This document shows, piece by piece, positions 42,001 through 53,059 of a DNA stretch of 64,000 bases. The translations under genes were made by a program, and so were the position numbers. The notes under the pieces were generated by a model. It saw nothing but the letters and a program-made list of their open reading frames with translations. It was not told the origin of the DNA and ran no database searches. Each line of letters begins with the position of its first letter. Within the stretch, counting starts at the first letter, position 1. The stretch is from an uncultured Phycisphaerales bacterium (lineage in GTDB: Bacteria; Planctomycetota; Phycisphaerae; Sedimentisphaerales; Anaerobacaceae). The DNA is taken from contig CAVYYI010000005.1 of the NCBI GenBank assembly GCA_963772725.1, positions 1 through 64,000 on the forward strand, in the 5' to 3' direction.

Positions 42001-42274
42001 AGCCTGCCCCTTTAATAATTTTTTGCTTTAATACACCTTCAGCAGTCCAAAAACGGGCGATAAAATGCTCTCTTATCTTAATAAATACGCTTCTTCTGTA
42101 AATCAGGGGAGAGACTATTTCTTTCATCAGATAAATCACTTGCGTAAGATTGGGTAATACCTTACTTAGAAAAAATTTTAGATGGGTCCGACGAGCTCAC
42201 CACAAGTTTTCGATTGCCGATTTTCGATTTTTAATCCAAAATCTTCAGGCGACTTGGTGGGGAACCAGAATTCA

Positions 42275-42859
42275 TTATTTGCCGTTGTGCATAAGGCCGA
42301 GGACCTCACTTCTGCTGCGCGGGTCTTTTTTAAATATTCCACGAAGTGCGGAGGTAACCATAACAGAGCCTGGTTTTCTTATGCCTCGAATGGTTACACA
42401 ACTATGAGCGGCTTCGAGAACAACGGCGACACCCTGCGGCTTGAGATTGGTCATTATGAAGTCCGCAATCTGGGCGGTTAGGCGCTCCTGAAGCTGAAGC
42501 CGGCGGGCGAAAGTCTCCACGATGCGGGCAAGTTTGCTCACACCGAGAACCGAGCCGCTTGGCAGATACGCCACGTGAGCGCTGCCGATAAAAGGCATAA
42601 GGTGATGTTCGCAGATACTATAAAAAGGGATGTCTCGCAAGAGGACTATTTCATCATATTTTTCTGTAAAGATGCTGCGAAGATACTGCTTAGGGTCTTC
42701 TCTCATTCCAGCGAGAAGCTCAGTGTACATGGCGGCAACACGCTTGGGAGTGAGCCTTATGCCTTCACGGTTCACATCCTCGCCGACGGCTAAAAGAATC
42801 TCGCTGACGGCTTTTTCTATTCTTTTTGTATCAATGGCCTTGATTTTCTTCTTGTTCAT
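42275..42859 (-). CDS. folE: GTP cyclohydrolase I
   Basis: TPKRVA, CEHHL.PF.G, SKLAR, QLQERLT, H.C..RG. Confidence 0.96.
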   Translation of the reverse strand: MNKKKIKAIDTKRIEKAVSEILLAVGEDVNREGIRLTPKRVAAMYTELLAGMREDPKQYLRSIFTEKYDEIVLLRDIPFYSICEHHLMPFIGSAHVAYLPSGSVLGVSKLARIVETFARRLQLQERLTAQIADFIMTNLKPQGVAVVLEAAHSCVTIRGIRKPGSVMVTSALRGIFKKDPRSRSEVLGLMHNGK

Positions 42860-42874
42860 TTTACTTTTTACCTT

Positions 42875-44416
42875 TTATTTTTTACTTTTTATAATGTTCA
42901 TCAAGTAAGTTGTGAGCAGTCGCACACCGAACCCGCTGGAACCCTCTGAAGCATAGGCGGTGGCTTTATCGAACATATCCATACCCGCGATGTTGAGATG
43001 AGCCCATTTTTTGCCGTCAACGAACTGCCTGAGAAACGTTGCTGCCGTGCACGCGCCGCCCCATCGGCTGCCGATATTCTTGAGGTCGGCAATTTTGCTT
43101 TTCATTTCTTCGGCGTACTCATCGCCGCTGGGCATATGCCAGACTTTTTCACCGCTTTCTTCGCCCGCGGCCAGCAAATCTTTTATAAGGATATCGTCAT
43201 TACCCATCAGACCAGCCATATATTTGCCCAGCGCGACCATGCAGGCGCCGGTCAGGGTCGCAATGTCAATGATTATATCGCACTTCCGGCTCACGGCGTA
43301 ACTGATTGCGTCACATAAAATCATTCTTCCTTCAGCATCGGTATTCTGAATCTCAACTGTCTTGCCGCTGAAAGTTTTTACGATGTCGCCAGGGCGATAA
43401 CTGGAACCGCTGGGCAAATTTTCCGCACATGGGATAATACCGTAGAGACTCATTGGCAATTTCAAGTCTGAAGCAGCCTTGATAACGCTCATTACCGTGA
43501 TACCGCCGGATTTATCAAGTTTCATCTGGTCCATATCGGTCGCAGGCTTTATACTTATACCACCTGAATCGAACGTTATCGCTTTTCCAACCAGGCCAAC
43601 AGCAGAAAGCTTTGTCACTTTTTTGCCGCTCGGTGTGTACTTAAGTACGATAAATCTCGGCTTGCTTTCCGAACCGGAACCGACCGCGGCGATACCGCCC
43701 ATCCCTTTCGCGGCAAGCTGTTTATCATCCAAAACCGTACAGGTTACGCCTTTAAGCCCGGATGCCAATTTCTTCGCTGCTGCCGCAAGTTCAGGCGGAC
43801 GTATCATATTACCCGGACGATTCGAGAGCGTTCTCGCGAAGCTTTGGGCATTACCAATGATAACGCCTGTTGCGATTCCTTGAGCCATTTTCCTGACGGC
43901 TGACAAATCAGGGTCTATTAACTCTACTTTTAAAGAGGCCAAGCGACCATTCTCACTCTGCGTTACAAACTCATCATAACGGTAAGCGCCGAAATAAGCG
44001 CCTTCCATAATCGCCTGAGCGATAGCATCAGGTTTGAAGCCTTCTGAAAACCAGCGATGCAGCGCAAGGCTTACCATTTTGACCTTCAGTGATACCGCCT
44101 TATTCGCGGCGCTCGCGGCGGCTTTACGGACTGTGTCGATGGACGCTTTTTTTATCTCACCCAGGCCTGTCAGCAGAACTCTTTTGGCGCCTATGCCGCC
44201 GTTGCCATAGATAACGGCACAGGTACCCTCTTTGCCGCTGAAATCACCGAGTTTAAGAACTTTTTCAATATTGCCGCCAAGCTTCCTGTCCAGTTCGGCG
44301 GCGATTTTATCAAGGCCTTTGGCATCGGAAAAATGCCCTATTACCAGCAGGTCGGTAACACATTTGCTGAAATCAACAGTACGCGAGGTTATTTCCACAT
44401 TTATAATTTCTTTCAT
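42875..44416 (-). CDS. pepA: Leucyl aminopeptidase (M17)
   Basis: GKAITFDSGG.SIK, NTDAEGR, ATLTGA. Confidence 0.94.
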   Translation of the reverse strand: MKEIINVEITSRTVDFSKCVTDLLVIGHFSDAKGLDKIAAELDRKLGGNIEKVLKLGDFSGKEGTCAVIYGNGGIGAKRVLLTGLGEIKKASIDTVRKAAASAANKAVSLKVKMVSLALHRWFSEGFKPDAIAQAIMEGAYFGAYRYDEFVTQSENGRLASLKVELIDPDLSAVRKMAQGIATGVIIGNAQSFARTLSNRPGNMIRPPELAAAAKKLASGLKGVTCTVLDDKQLAAKGMGGIAAVGSGSESKPRFIVLKYTPSGKKVTKLSAVGLVGKAITFDSGGISIKPATDMDQMKLDKSGGITVMSVIKAASDLKLPMSLYGIIPCAENLPSGSSYRPGDIVKTFSGKTVEIQNTDAEGRMILCDAISYAVSRKCDIIIDIATLTGACMVALGKYMAGLMGNDDILIKDLLAAGEESGEKVWHMPSGDEYAEEMKSKIADLKNIGSRWGGACTAATFLRQFVDGKKWAHLNIAGMDMFDKATAYASEGSSGFGVRLLTTYLMNIIKSKK

Positions 44417-44437
44417 TTGTACTTACCTTTCATATAT

Positions 44438-45545
44438 CTATTTATTTTTAGTTCTGTAGCGGAGATAACTTTCAATGAAACCGTTGAGTTCTCCATCCAG
44501 CACGGCATTGACGTTGCCTGTCTGAAAATCCGTTCTATGGTCCTTTACCATTTGATAGGGCTGTAATACGTAACTTCTAATCTGATTTCCCCAGGCGATT
44601 TGGCCTTTATCACCATACATTTTCGCGAGATGCTCATCGCGTTTTTGCTGTTCGAGCATGTAAAGTTTGGCCTTTAGCATTTTAAATGCCTGTGCCTTAT
44701 TTTTATGCTGGCTTCTTTCATTCTGGCACTGTACTACTATGCCCGTGGGAAAGTGCGTAATCCGGACCGCTGAGCTTGTCTTATTGACGTGCTGGCCGCC
44801 TGCGCCGCTGGCGCGATAAAAGTCGATGCGTAGGTCGTCGTCCTTAATTTCAACCTGTATATCCTCATCGAATTCGGGCAGACAATCCACCGCGGCAAAA
44901 CTTGTGTGTCGCCGCTTGTTCGCGTCAAAGGGACTTATTCGCACAAGTCTGTGGACGCCTGTTTCACAGGATAGTTTTCCGAAAGCAAAGGGACCTGCCA
45001 CGTGAAGAGTAACCGAACGAATGCCCGCCTCTTCACCGGGCGTAATATCAAGCTCCTCGAATTTGTATTTTTTCTTATCAAAATAACGTGTGTACATCCG
45101 CAGCAACATGCTCACCCAATCGCAGCTTTCGGTTCCGCCTGCGCCGGCGTGAATACTGAAATAACAATTCCTCGTGTCTTCTGGACGTGACAAGAGGCCA
45201 TCCAGTTCAATCTCATCGCACTGTTTCGCAAGCCTGCCGAGGTCGCTTTCGAGATGTTTAAGAATAGATGTGTCGGACTCCGCCGCCGCCATATCGAATA
45301 TATCCGCCAAATCTTTGACCCCACGAAGCGTCTCTTCCGCAGGCTCAACAACCGATTTAAGTGCGCTTAGCTGGGAAACCACCTGCTGTGCGATTTCCTG
45401 GTTATCCCAGAAACCCGGGGCAGCAATTTTGTTTTCAAGTTCATGCAATTTGGTTTTCTTTTGGGGCAAATCAAAGCCAGTCCCGGATTTTTTCAATCCG
45501 GGCCGATAGTTTTTGAATTGCCGTTCTTAATTCAGCCGTTTCCAT
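44438..45545 (-). CDS. prfB: Peptide chain release factor 2 with programmed +1 frameshift at codon 24 (CTT TGA T)
   Basis: METAELRTAIQKLSARIEKIRDWL then CTT-TGA at 45476-45471, +1 into DLPQKK; SPF and GGQ motifs. Confidence 0.95.
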
Positions 45546-45726
45546 CAGTCGCCTTAAAGAGTTACAACAACACAATTATATATTACTTCTTTACTCTGTT
45601 TCCCGTCCATTTATATCACATCGAAGCAATATTTGCAACGGCAACAAATTTTTAGTTTATTTTTCACTGAAACTATGATTATAATAGATTCCTAAAATAA
45701 TCACGTGCAAAAAAGCGAGTAAACTT

Positions 45727-46092
45727 ATGGTCGGTATCATCAAAGCAATAGGAATAATTTTTATTCTGGTCAGCGTTACGTTCTTTTTAAAACCCGCTTA
45801 CCTTAAAAATGTGATGCGTTTTTTCAAAAAAGACCAACGGCTCTACCTGGCAGGAGTCATTAGAATAGTAATTGCTGTAATACTGCTGCTTGGAGCCGGC
45901 AGGTGTCACATGTCAAGGATGATAGCTGCCTTGGGAATTTTATTTCTAATATCGGGACTTCTTGTATTCATAATAAAGCCTGCGAAATTTAAATCTGTAA
46001 TGGAATGGACGCTGAAACAGCCTGTTTGGATTATTCGCACATTTGCAGGATTTATTTTATTTCTTGGATTACTGATTATTTATTCCGCATGA
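45727..46092 (+). CDS. Small hypothetical membrane protein
   Basis: 121 aa, four hydrophobic segments. Confidence 0.7.
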   Translation: MVGIIKAIGIIFILVSVTFFLKPAYLKNVMRFFKKDQRLYLAGVIRIVIAVILLLGAGRCHMSRMIAALGILFLISGLLVFIIKPAKFKSVMEWTLKQPVWIIRTFAGFILFLGLLIIYSA

Positions 46093-46135
46093 AAACAGGC
46101 AAGCCATTTATCGACCTTTCGCCCAAGCCATATTT

Positions 46136-48210
46136 TTAACCGGCAATTTTAATTATCATGCTGCCGGCCTGAAAAACAACAAATGTCAGGACATAACCAA
46201 GAGCAGTCAGACCGAAAAACTGAAGCAATGCCCATCTCCACAGTCCGGTTTCGATTTTTGTCACCGCCACCGTAGCGGCACAAGGTGCGGTAATCAGGCT
46301 AAACAGCAGTATGCAGAACGCCGTCAGCCTGCTGTAATTATTGCGTAATTCCTTATGCAGGCTCTCGGCGGGCTGGCCGCTCTCCTGGCCAACGGCATAA
46401 ATAATTCCAAGCTGGCTGACAAATACCTCTTTCGCGGCAAGCGCAGAGATAAAAGCGGTACCTATCTTCCAGTCAAAACCTATGGGCTTGAGAACCGGCT
46501 CTATAATACGGCCAAGTCTGCCGACTGCTGAATACTCAAGTTCGAGTTCGTGAGCCTGCCTGGCACTGAGATTTGCGGTTATCGCGGAATCAGGTTTCGG
46601 ATAGCTGTTCGCAAACCACAGCAGTATCGAAAGGCCGAGAATTATCGTACCGGCTTTTCTCAGGTACATCGAGCCGCGGTACCAAGTATGCAGCGTGATA
46701 GCCTTAAAGGTTGGCATGCGATATGGCGGCAATTCCATTACGAACGAAGCCGTTTCACCCTTAAAGGCTGTAAGCCGCAGTATTCTGGCACATATCACCG
46801 CAAGAACGATACCGATAAGATATATAAGCCACAGCATCGGCCCCTGCCACACAGGCGGGAAAAACGCAGGGATAATTAGCATATAAATGGTAAACCTCGC
46901 ACCGCAGCTCATCAGGGGAATAATCATTATTGTCGTCAGACGGTTTCGGCGATTTTCGAGTATCCTTGTCGACATTATGGCGGGACCGAGCAGCCGAAAC
47001 CTATGAGCATTGGAATAAAGCTTTTCCCGTGCAGCCCCATTTTGTGCATGAACCGGTCGGTGACAAACGCGGCACGAGCCATATACCCTGTATCTTCGAG
47101 CATCGCTATGGCGAAAAACAAAAGCAAAATGTTCGGCAGAAAAACCGCTACACCACCGACCCCGGCAATGATGCCGTCAATGATAAGCGAATTCAGCCAC
47201 AAAGCCGTATCGGCAGGCCAGACATTATTTATTAAAACAGCACCGTAATCGAAAAGTTTTTCCAGCCAGTGCATGGGGTATCGGCCAATCCTGAAGGTAA
47301 GAACAAACACAATGTACATAAAACCAAGGAATATCGGCAAGCCAAAGATATTGTGAATAACAATGGCGTCTATCATGTCGCTTTTACTGTGTCGTTGCTC
47401 GACGGTCTGTTTTATAGTTTCCTGGCATGCGCCGGAGATAAAACCATAACGGCGGTCCGCAAGAATAATTTCGGGCTTATCGCCAAGGAATTTCTCAATA
47501 TCGCTAATAACACGGCTCGCAAAACTTAGTGTTTCAGGATTCTTGATTTTGGTGACTATGTCAGCATCCTGTTCGAGCATTTTTATCGCCAGCCATCTTG
47601 TATTATAATTCGCAGTCAGGTGAGGTTCGTTTTTTGCGAGAATAGCAGAAATATCGTTAATAGCCTTTTCAATCTCATCGCCGTAATTAATTTCCGGCGA
47701 GACCACGGCGGAAGTTGAGAAAACAGTATTGATTATAACTTCCAGCAGTTCAATTTTCCCCTTTGACCTGCTGCCGACAGTCTGAACTATCGGGGTTTCC
47801 AGGAGACTTGATAACTGCGCAGTATCAAAAATAAGTCCATTCCTTTCAGCAATATCGCTCATATTAAAAACAAGCACAAGAGGCTTATTCATTTCAATCA
47901 GTTGCGTGGCAAGATAAAGATTGCGTTCAATGCTCGATGCGTCGAGAATATCGACGACGACATCCGGTTTTTCATCTATAATGAAATTCCGTGTAACGAT
48001 TTCATCTTCGGAATATCCAGATAAAGCGTATGTGCCGGGGAGGTCAACAAATGTGATTTCATAATCTTTGTAATGGCAAATGCCTTCTTTTTTTTCAACT
48101 GTTACGCCGGGATAGTTACCCACGTGCTGACGGGCCCCCGTGAGCATGTTGAATATGCTGGTTTTTCCACTGTTGGGATTACCCGCCAATGCCGCGATGA
48201 TTTTCTTCAT
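46136..48210 (-). CDS. feoB: Ferrous iron transporter B, frameshift near 46980
   Basis: [38 protein letters not shown](A)IM, MELPPYR.P. Confidence 0.94.
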
Positions 48211-48242
48211 TTATATAAGCATCCTTAAAGTCTGCCCGAAAA

Positions 48243-48260
48243 AGTTAGGCACGGCAAACT
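48243..48260. promoter_or_regulatory. Putative DtxR-family operator between feoA and feoB
   Basis: AGTTAG-GCACGG-CAAACT, one mismatch from the 49040 palindrome arms. Confidence 0.6.
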
Positions 48261-48286
48261 TTTATTTCAAAAAAACTGTGATTCAA

Positions 48287-48538
48287 CTATTTTACAAATA
48301 TCCGGTGAGCTATTCCTCTGCCGAGCGCCATTTTTGAACCTTTTACTTTTACAACAAAAGGACCATGACTGCCTTTTTTAACTATTGTTATTTCAGTTCC
48401 GGGGACAATGCCAAGCGCCGCGAGACGGCTGTTTAATCCGTGACCGGCATCAACGCCTGTAAGGCGAACTTTCTCTCCTTGTTTCACCTCCGACAGAGGC
48501 CTTTTCTCCTTGTGTACCATTGCTGTTACGTTCATCAA
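48287..48538 (-). CDS. feoA: Ferrous iron transport protein A
   Basis: RLAALGIVPG, GPFVV.V.GS..ALGRG.A..I.V. Confidence 0.92.
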   Translation of the reverse strand: MMNVTAMVHKEKRPLSEVKQGEKVRLTGVDAGHGLNSRLAALGIVPGTEITIVKKGSHGPFVVKVKGSKMALGRGIAHRIFVK

Positions 48539-49019
48539 ATCCTTTCTCCTGTCTTTGTTTTTTTCCTGTGTTTGCCTGCCTTGCAGTATTTTGCAAATTC
48601 TTCAGTTAGTGCAACACCTTCTTTTTCACAGGTACCCACAAATTCTATAAAAGCCAGCAACCTTGAAATCACCTGCGGACCAAGCGAATGTTCCGCTTTG
48701 CAGGCAGCTCGCTTTGCAACCTCGGAATCTATGCCGAGGACAGTCGTAAAAAAAGAATGTAAAATATTATGCCTTTTTACCACTTGTTCGGTCCTTTCCT
48801 CCCCTGTTCAGTAAGTGTTACGTAATCGTAAGGTTTATAGTTCGCCAGATGTTTTTTACTGAGCAGGTGCATTGCGCCGGTAACAGAGGAACACGATACG
48901 CCAAGCGTTTCTGCGATATCCTTGCTGCGTGCTACGCCAGATGAGCCGGCTATATTAAATATCGCCTCTAAGTAATCTTCAAGCGACGCACTTAAATTAT
49001 TGTCTGTTTGCGCTTTCAT
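48535..49019 (-). CDS. DtxR/MntR family metalloregulator, frameshift near 48790
   Basis: LSASLEDYLEAI, KDIA..LGVS..SVT, TLTEQG, RH..L..FF, AC.AEH. Confidence 0.88.
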
Positions 49020-49034
49020 AACTTCGTTACTGCT

Positions 49035-49063
49035 AATATAGTTAGTTGAGCCTAACTTGTCAA
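49035..49063 (-). promoter_or_regulatory. sigma70 promoter whose spacer is a DtxR-type palindrome
   Basis: TTGACA(49063-49058)-17 nt-TATATT(49040-49035); AGTTAG-N6-CTAACT at 49040-49057. Confidence 0.75.
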
Positions 49064-49211
49064 GTATTTTTTTATCAGCGGTATTTCCTGCCTGACTTAT
49101 CCTGCAGCAGATTGCCTTTTTAGCGAATAAACTGCGTTTTCCCACATTCGTCGCGGCTATGACAAAAAAGGTTTGTTTTGAACACGAAAATATGTTAAAA
49201 GATTCATTTAT

Positions 49212-49286
49212 CGGGGCGTAGCGCAGTTTGGCTAGCGCGTTGGACTGGGGGTCCAAAGGTCGCAGGTTCAAGTCCTGTCGCCCCGA
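49212..49286 (+). tRNA. tRNA-Pro(GGG), CCA not encoded
   Basis: CGGGGCG/CGCCCCG acceptor stem, TTGGA-CTGGGGG-TCCAA anticodon arm, GGTTCAAGTCC T-arm. Confidence 0.96.
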
Positions 49287-49394
49287 TTTTCATCAATTTT
49301 TGGCCGTTCAGCAAGAATATCGAATGGCTTTTGCCAAATAAAGTTGGTAGAATTAGCCTTTGGAAGATAAATATCTTTTGGAAACAATATCACC

Positions 49395-49680
49395 ATGGCC
49401 AAAGCAAATATACCCATGCGTGCAGAACTTGAAAACCGTATTCGGTTTGAGACCCTTATTTCAGATATATCTGCTCGCTTCATACGTTTGCCCTCCAGCG
49501 AGATTGATGGTGAGATAGAGCGTGCCTTGAAGCAGATTCTGGATTTTTTGACGTTGACCGCTGTTGCGTGCTTGGGGTTCGTAAGGACAAAGAATTTGTC
49601 TGGATCACACATGTTTGTTATGCCGAGGGTATCGAGCCCGTGTCTAAAGATATCAATCTCGCCGGCGGTGAAAAATAAAC
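49395..49680 (+). pseudogene. Truncated GAF-type sensor/regulator N-terminus
   Basis: RFETLISDISARFI.LP..EID.EIE..L..I..F then frameshift (DVDRC..) and abrupt end; no output domain. Confidence 0.6.
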
Positions 49681-49758
49681 GTGACTCACAAGAAAAAAAA
49701 TGAAAGATGTGTCTGATTATTTTATTCGTATTTTCACAAAATTTAAGGAGATATTTAC

Positions 49759-50949
49759 ATGCAAATCGTTAATAATGTCAAAATAAAGCTTATTTTATTA
49801 TCTGTACTATTCATAACTATTTTATCCGGCTGTGGGCTGCCTCGAAATCCTGTCCCATTGGCTAAAATAGCTGAGGGACATTTGACCGGCTTTTCAAACA
49901 TTCGTTTTTGGGATGTGGAGTACAAGCCGGATATCAAAACGGGAGCAGATACTTCATCCGATTGCAGCTTTCTGGCATTATCCGGCGGCGGCGCTAGCGG
50001 TGCATTCGGAGCAGGCTTCTTAAACGGCTGGACAGCTTCAGGAACACGCCCTAATTTCAGGATTGTTACAGGTATCAGTACAGGCTCGCTCATCGCCCCC
50101 CTTGCTTTTCTAGGTTCTGAATATGATGAAGCACTTAAGAAGTACTATACAACTATCCGGACGAGAGATATTTTGGATGTTCAGGGGCTGCTGGGTTTCG
50201 GCATTATGCCGGTACTTGTAGGTGAATCTTATGCAAACACAAAACCGTTGCAGAAATTAATTACTCAACTTGTCGATGAGAAAGTCTTAGCGGCGGTCGC
50301 CAGGGAGTACGCAAAAGGCAGAAGGTTGTATATAGGCACCACAAATCTGGACGCTGAACGGTTTGTAATATGGGATATGGGAGCCATTGCAAGCAGCGGT
50401 CAGCCCGATTCGCTGAAATTATTCCGAAAAGTGATGCTGGCCTCGGCGTCGATTCCAGGCGCGTTTCCGCCGATACGGTTCGATGTGGAAGTGAATGGCA
50501 AGAAATACGATGAGATGCATGTTGACGGCGGCGTGCTTACAGAGGTTTTTGGCTATGGAAGATTATTTACCGAACAGACCGAAATGTCCGGACAGGAAGG
50601 CTTGTGCAGTATTTACGTAATCCGAAACGGCAAGTTGGATACCGAACCTATGCACGTACCTCGCAGGACTATAAAAATCGCCCAGCGTTCATTTTCTGCA
50701 TTGATGACAGCCCACAGCTGGTCAGACATCCTCCGTCTTTACTTTGTCGCCAAGCGAGACAAGATTGATTTCAATTATGTCAGTCTTCCTCACGACTACG
50801 AATCACACGGCAAAGAGATGTTCGACCCTGTGGAGATGAAGCGTCTGTTTGATCTGGGCTTTGATATGGCCAAAGGCGGCTACAAATGGAACAAGACGCC
50901 GCCTCTTGCGAGTGATTCCAATGAAACACAATGGACCTGGACTCCTTAA
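49759..50949 (+). CDS. Patatin-like phospholipase lipoprotein
   Basis: Lipobox LSGC; LSGGGASGAFGAG, GISTG, DGG. Confidence 0.9.
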   Translation: MQIVNNVKIKLILLSVLFITILSGCGLPRNPVPLAKIAEGHLTGFSNIRFWDVEYKPDIKTGADTSSDCSFLALSGGGASGAFGAGFLNGWTASGTRPNFRIVTGISTGSLIAPLAFLGSEYDEALKKYYTTIRTRDILDVQGLLGFGIMPVLVGESYANTKPLQKLITQLVDEKVLAAVAREYAKGRRLYIGTTNLDAERFVIWDMGAIASSGQPDSLKLFRKVMLASASIPGAFPPIRFDVEVNGKKYDEMHVDGGVLTEVFGYGRLFTEQTEMSGQEGLCSIYVIRNGKLDTEPMHVPRRTIKIAQRSFSALMTAHSWSDILRLYFVAKRDKIDFNYVSLPHDYESHGKEMFDPVEMKRLFDLGFDMAKGGYKWNKTPPLASDSNETQWTWTP

Positions 50950-51041
50950 ATAAATTCTGAAAAACATTGTCAGGTTTGTGACGCGATGGAAGGAGTTGAT
51001 CATACCGCTGCGTCAATTTACAGAGTTTGGAGAATAACACT

Positions 51042-51911
51042 ATGAAGTCTGATTTTTGGCTGGAGCAAATCCCCCTTTGGGGCATATTTCTACTTACTAT
51101 TGTCGTTGTTTTGTTCTCAATCTGGATCGGAGCACTACTTGGCGGCCGCAGAAGAAGGCAGCCAGACCACGAGACTGAATCATCACTTGGCACAATCATC
51201 GGCGCCACACTCGGGTTGCTGGCATTTATGCTTGCTTTTACATTTGGAATGGCGGCAGAACGCCTGCAAACCAGAAAGCAGCTTCTTCTTGACGAAGTCA
51301 ACGCTATCGGCACTACATATCTGCGTGCGGGGCTGCTTCTGGAACCTCATCGCAGCGAGATTCGCAAATTACTGCGTGAGTACGTGGATATACGCGCTAA
51401 TCTGGCAAGAGAGTACCTGTCCAAGGAACCAAAAAAGCTTCACGAAGTTTTTTCTCGTTCGGAGATGCTGCATGACCAGATGTGGTCGCATGCTATTGCT
51501 ATAACTAAGGCTGAACGCAACTCGGAGATTGACGCTCTGTTCATCGATTCACTCAACGAGATGATAGACCTCCATAACAGCCGAGTAACAGTGTTCAGAT
51601 ATAACATACCAACACCAATCTGGTATGTCCTGTATATCATAACAATCACCTCTATGATTATAGTAGGGTATCAGGCCGGACTGTCCGGCAAGGGTTGTCT
51701 TAAGATGGGTATTGTGCTGGCATTAACTTTCTCGGCTGTAGTTTTTCTTATCGCAGACCTGGACCGCCCCATAGAAGGCGGTCTTAGTGTGAGCCAGCAG
51801 CCAATGCTCGAACTCCAGAAGATGATGCAAACGAAGATAGATGAAACGGGAAACAAACAATTACTTCCAGATTTTAAAGGGACAAGCGATAAAGAATCCG
51901 CGGCAAAGTAG
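51042..51911 (+). CDS. DUF4239-like (bestrophin-like) membrane protein
   Basis: LGLLAFMLAFTF, EVNAIGTTYLRA, LNE.ID, LIADLDRP..G. Confidence 0.78.
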   Translation: MKSDFWLEQIPLWGIFLLTIVVVLFSIWIGALLGGRRRRQPDHETESSLGTIIGATLGLLAFMLAFTFGMAAERLQTRKQLLLDEVNAIGTTYLRAGLLLEPHRSEIRKLLREYVDIRANLAREYLSKEPKKLHEVFSRSEMLHDQMWSHAIAITKAERNSEIDALFIDSLNEMIDLHNSRVTVFRYNIPTPIWYVLYIITITSMIIVGYQAGLSGKGCLKMGIVLALTFSAVVFLIADLDRPIEGGLSVSQQPMLELQKMMQTKIDETGNKQLLPDFKGTSDKESAAK

Positions 51912-51955
51912 CGGCGGTCGATATTGTTTAATTTTAAATTTAGAAAGGGAAAAAA

Positions 51956-52564
51956 ATGAAGACAAAAATGATGTTAGCCATGAGTATTGTAACCGCGTTG
52001 GTTCTATTCAATGGCTGTGGCGGCAGGCAGACTAAAACAGGCTTTCTGAGCGATTATTCCAAATTGCAGAAAGAATCCGATTCGAGTCTGCGTTACGTCA
52101 ATGAAGAAGCGGTGGCCAAATATTCTGGTTTTATCGTCGATCCTGTGCAAGTGCGTTTCTATCGCGGAGCAAAATCCGAAGGTAAGTTGACTGATGAGCA
52201 GATCACTGATTTGACAGGTTACACGCATTCGCAGATTATCGAAGCCGTCAAGGGTGCCGGCAAAAAAATTGCCTATCAGCCTGGTCCCGGGGTCGCAAGG
52301 ATACGCGTAGCTCTGACGGACATTCAGAAAACCAGCGCCATCAACATTTTACCTCAGGCAAGTTTACTGGGTGCCGGCATTGGCGGCGCATCGATGGAGG
52401 CTGAGGTCGTCGATTCGATGACCAACCAGCAGATTGGGGCGGTTGTGGAATCAGGGAAGGGCGGCAGAATTCCGTTCACGAACCTGGGTGACTGGTCAGC
52501 AGCAAAAAGCGTCATAGATGGCTGGGCTTCACGATTTGAAAAACGCCTTAAAGACTCGCATTAA
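51956..52564 (+). CDS. DUF3313-like lipoprotein
   Basis: Lipobox FNGC; TGFLSDYSKL, RIRVALTD, E.VDS.T. Confidence 0.8.
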   Translation: MKTKMMLAMSIVTALVLFNGCGGRQTKTGFLSDYSKLQKESDSSLRYVNEEAVAKYSGFIVDPVQVRFYRGAKSEGKLTDEQITDLTGYTHSQIIEAVKGAGKKIAYQPGPGVARIRVALTDIQKTSAINILPQASLLGAGIGGASMEAEVVDSMTNQQIGAVVESGKGGRIPFTNLGDWSAAKSVIDGWASRFEKRLKDSH

Positions 52565-52898
52565 AATGATCTTAGGCCACCTTAGTAAGCGTACGCATAG
52601 TTCATTTACAAGAATGAATGGGATGGGCAAAAACCGTTATGGACATTTAAGCCAAGCGGTTTAACTGGCGGCATAGAGGAAATATACACTGTGAGATAAT
52701 TGTTTACTTATTTCCATGCTTTTTCCAGTTGTAGTCTATGCGGAAACGGAGACTCAGAAGCATTAGGTTCAAGGCGGATCTGTCCGTCGGCGGGCGTTGT
52801 GTGAGATATTAACGGTGTGCTATGTATGCTGCAATTCCGAGAAACATACAAGAAGAACGCCAGAAGTTCAAGTGTCAATTCTTCGGATACTTCAACTT

Positions 52899-53059
52899 GG
52901 GTGCATCTGCCGTTTGTAGGTAAATCCATTTTTTGTCATTGTGAGCGAAGCGAAGCAATCTCATAGCCCAATCAGCATAATAGATTGCCACGGCCTGCTT
53001 CGCAGGCCTCGCAATGACAATGGGGTGTCTATTTCTACCTACAAACGGCAGATGCACCT
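52899..53059. mobile_element. 161-bp MITE with 23-bp TIRs, 9-bp TSD and internal REP-like palindrome
   Basis: GGTGCATCTGCCGTTTGTAGGTA (52900-52922) and exact reverse complement (53036-53058); CTTCAACTT at 52890-52898 and 53060-53068. Confidence 0.88.

Noticed and set aside
42206..42232. Heptamer run TTTCGAT-TGCCGAT-TTTCGAT
   Set aside because: Only about three degenerate units and no associated gene; too little to call.
48777..49271. 164-aa ORF start running through the tRNA
   Set aside because: The N-terminal part is antisense to tRNA-Pro; the real DtxR start is ATG 49019.
52565..52890. Possible genes flanking the MITE
   Set aside because: Only short unassignable fragments; removing the MITE does not restore a clear ORF.
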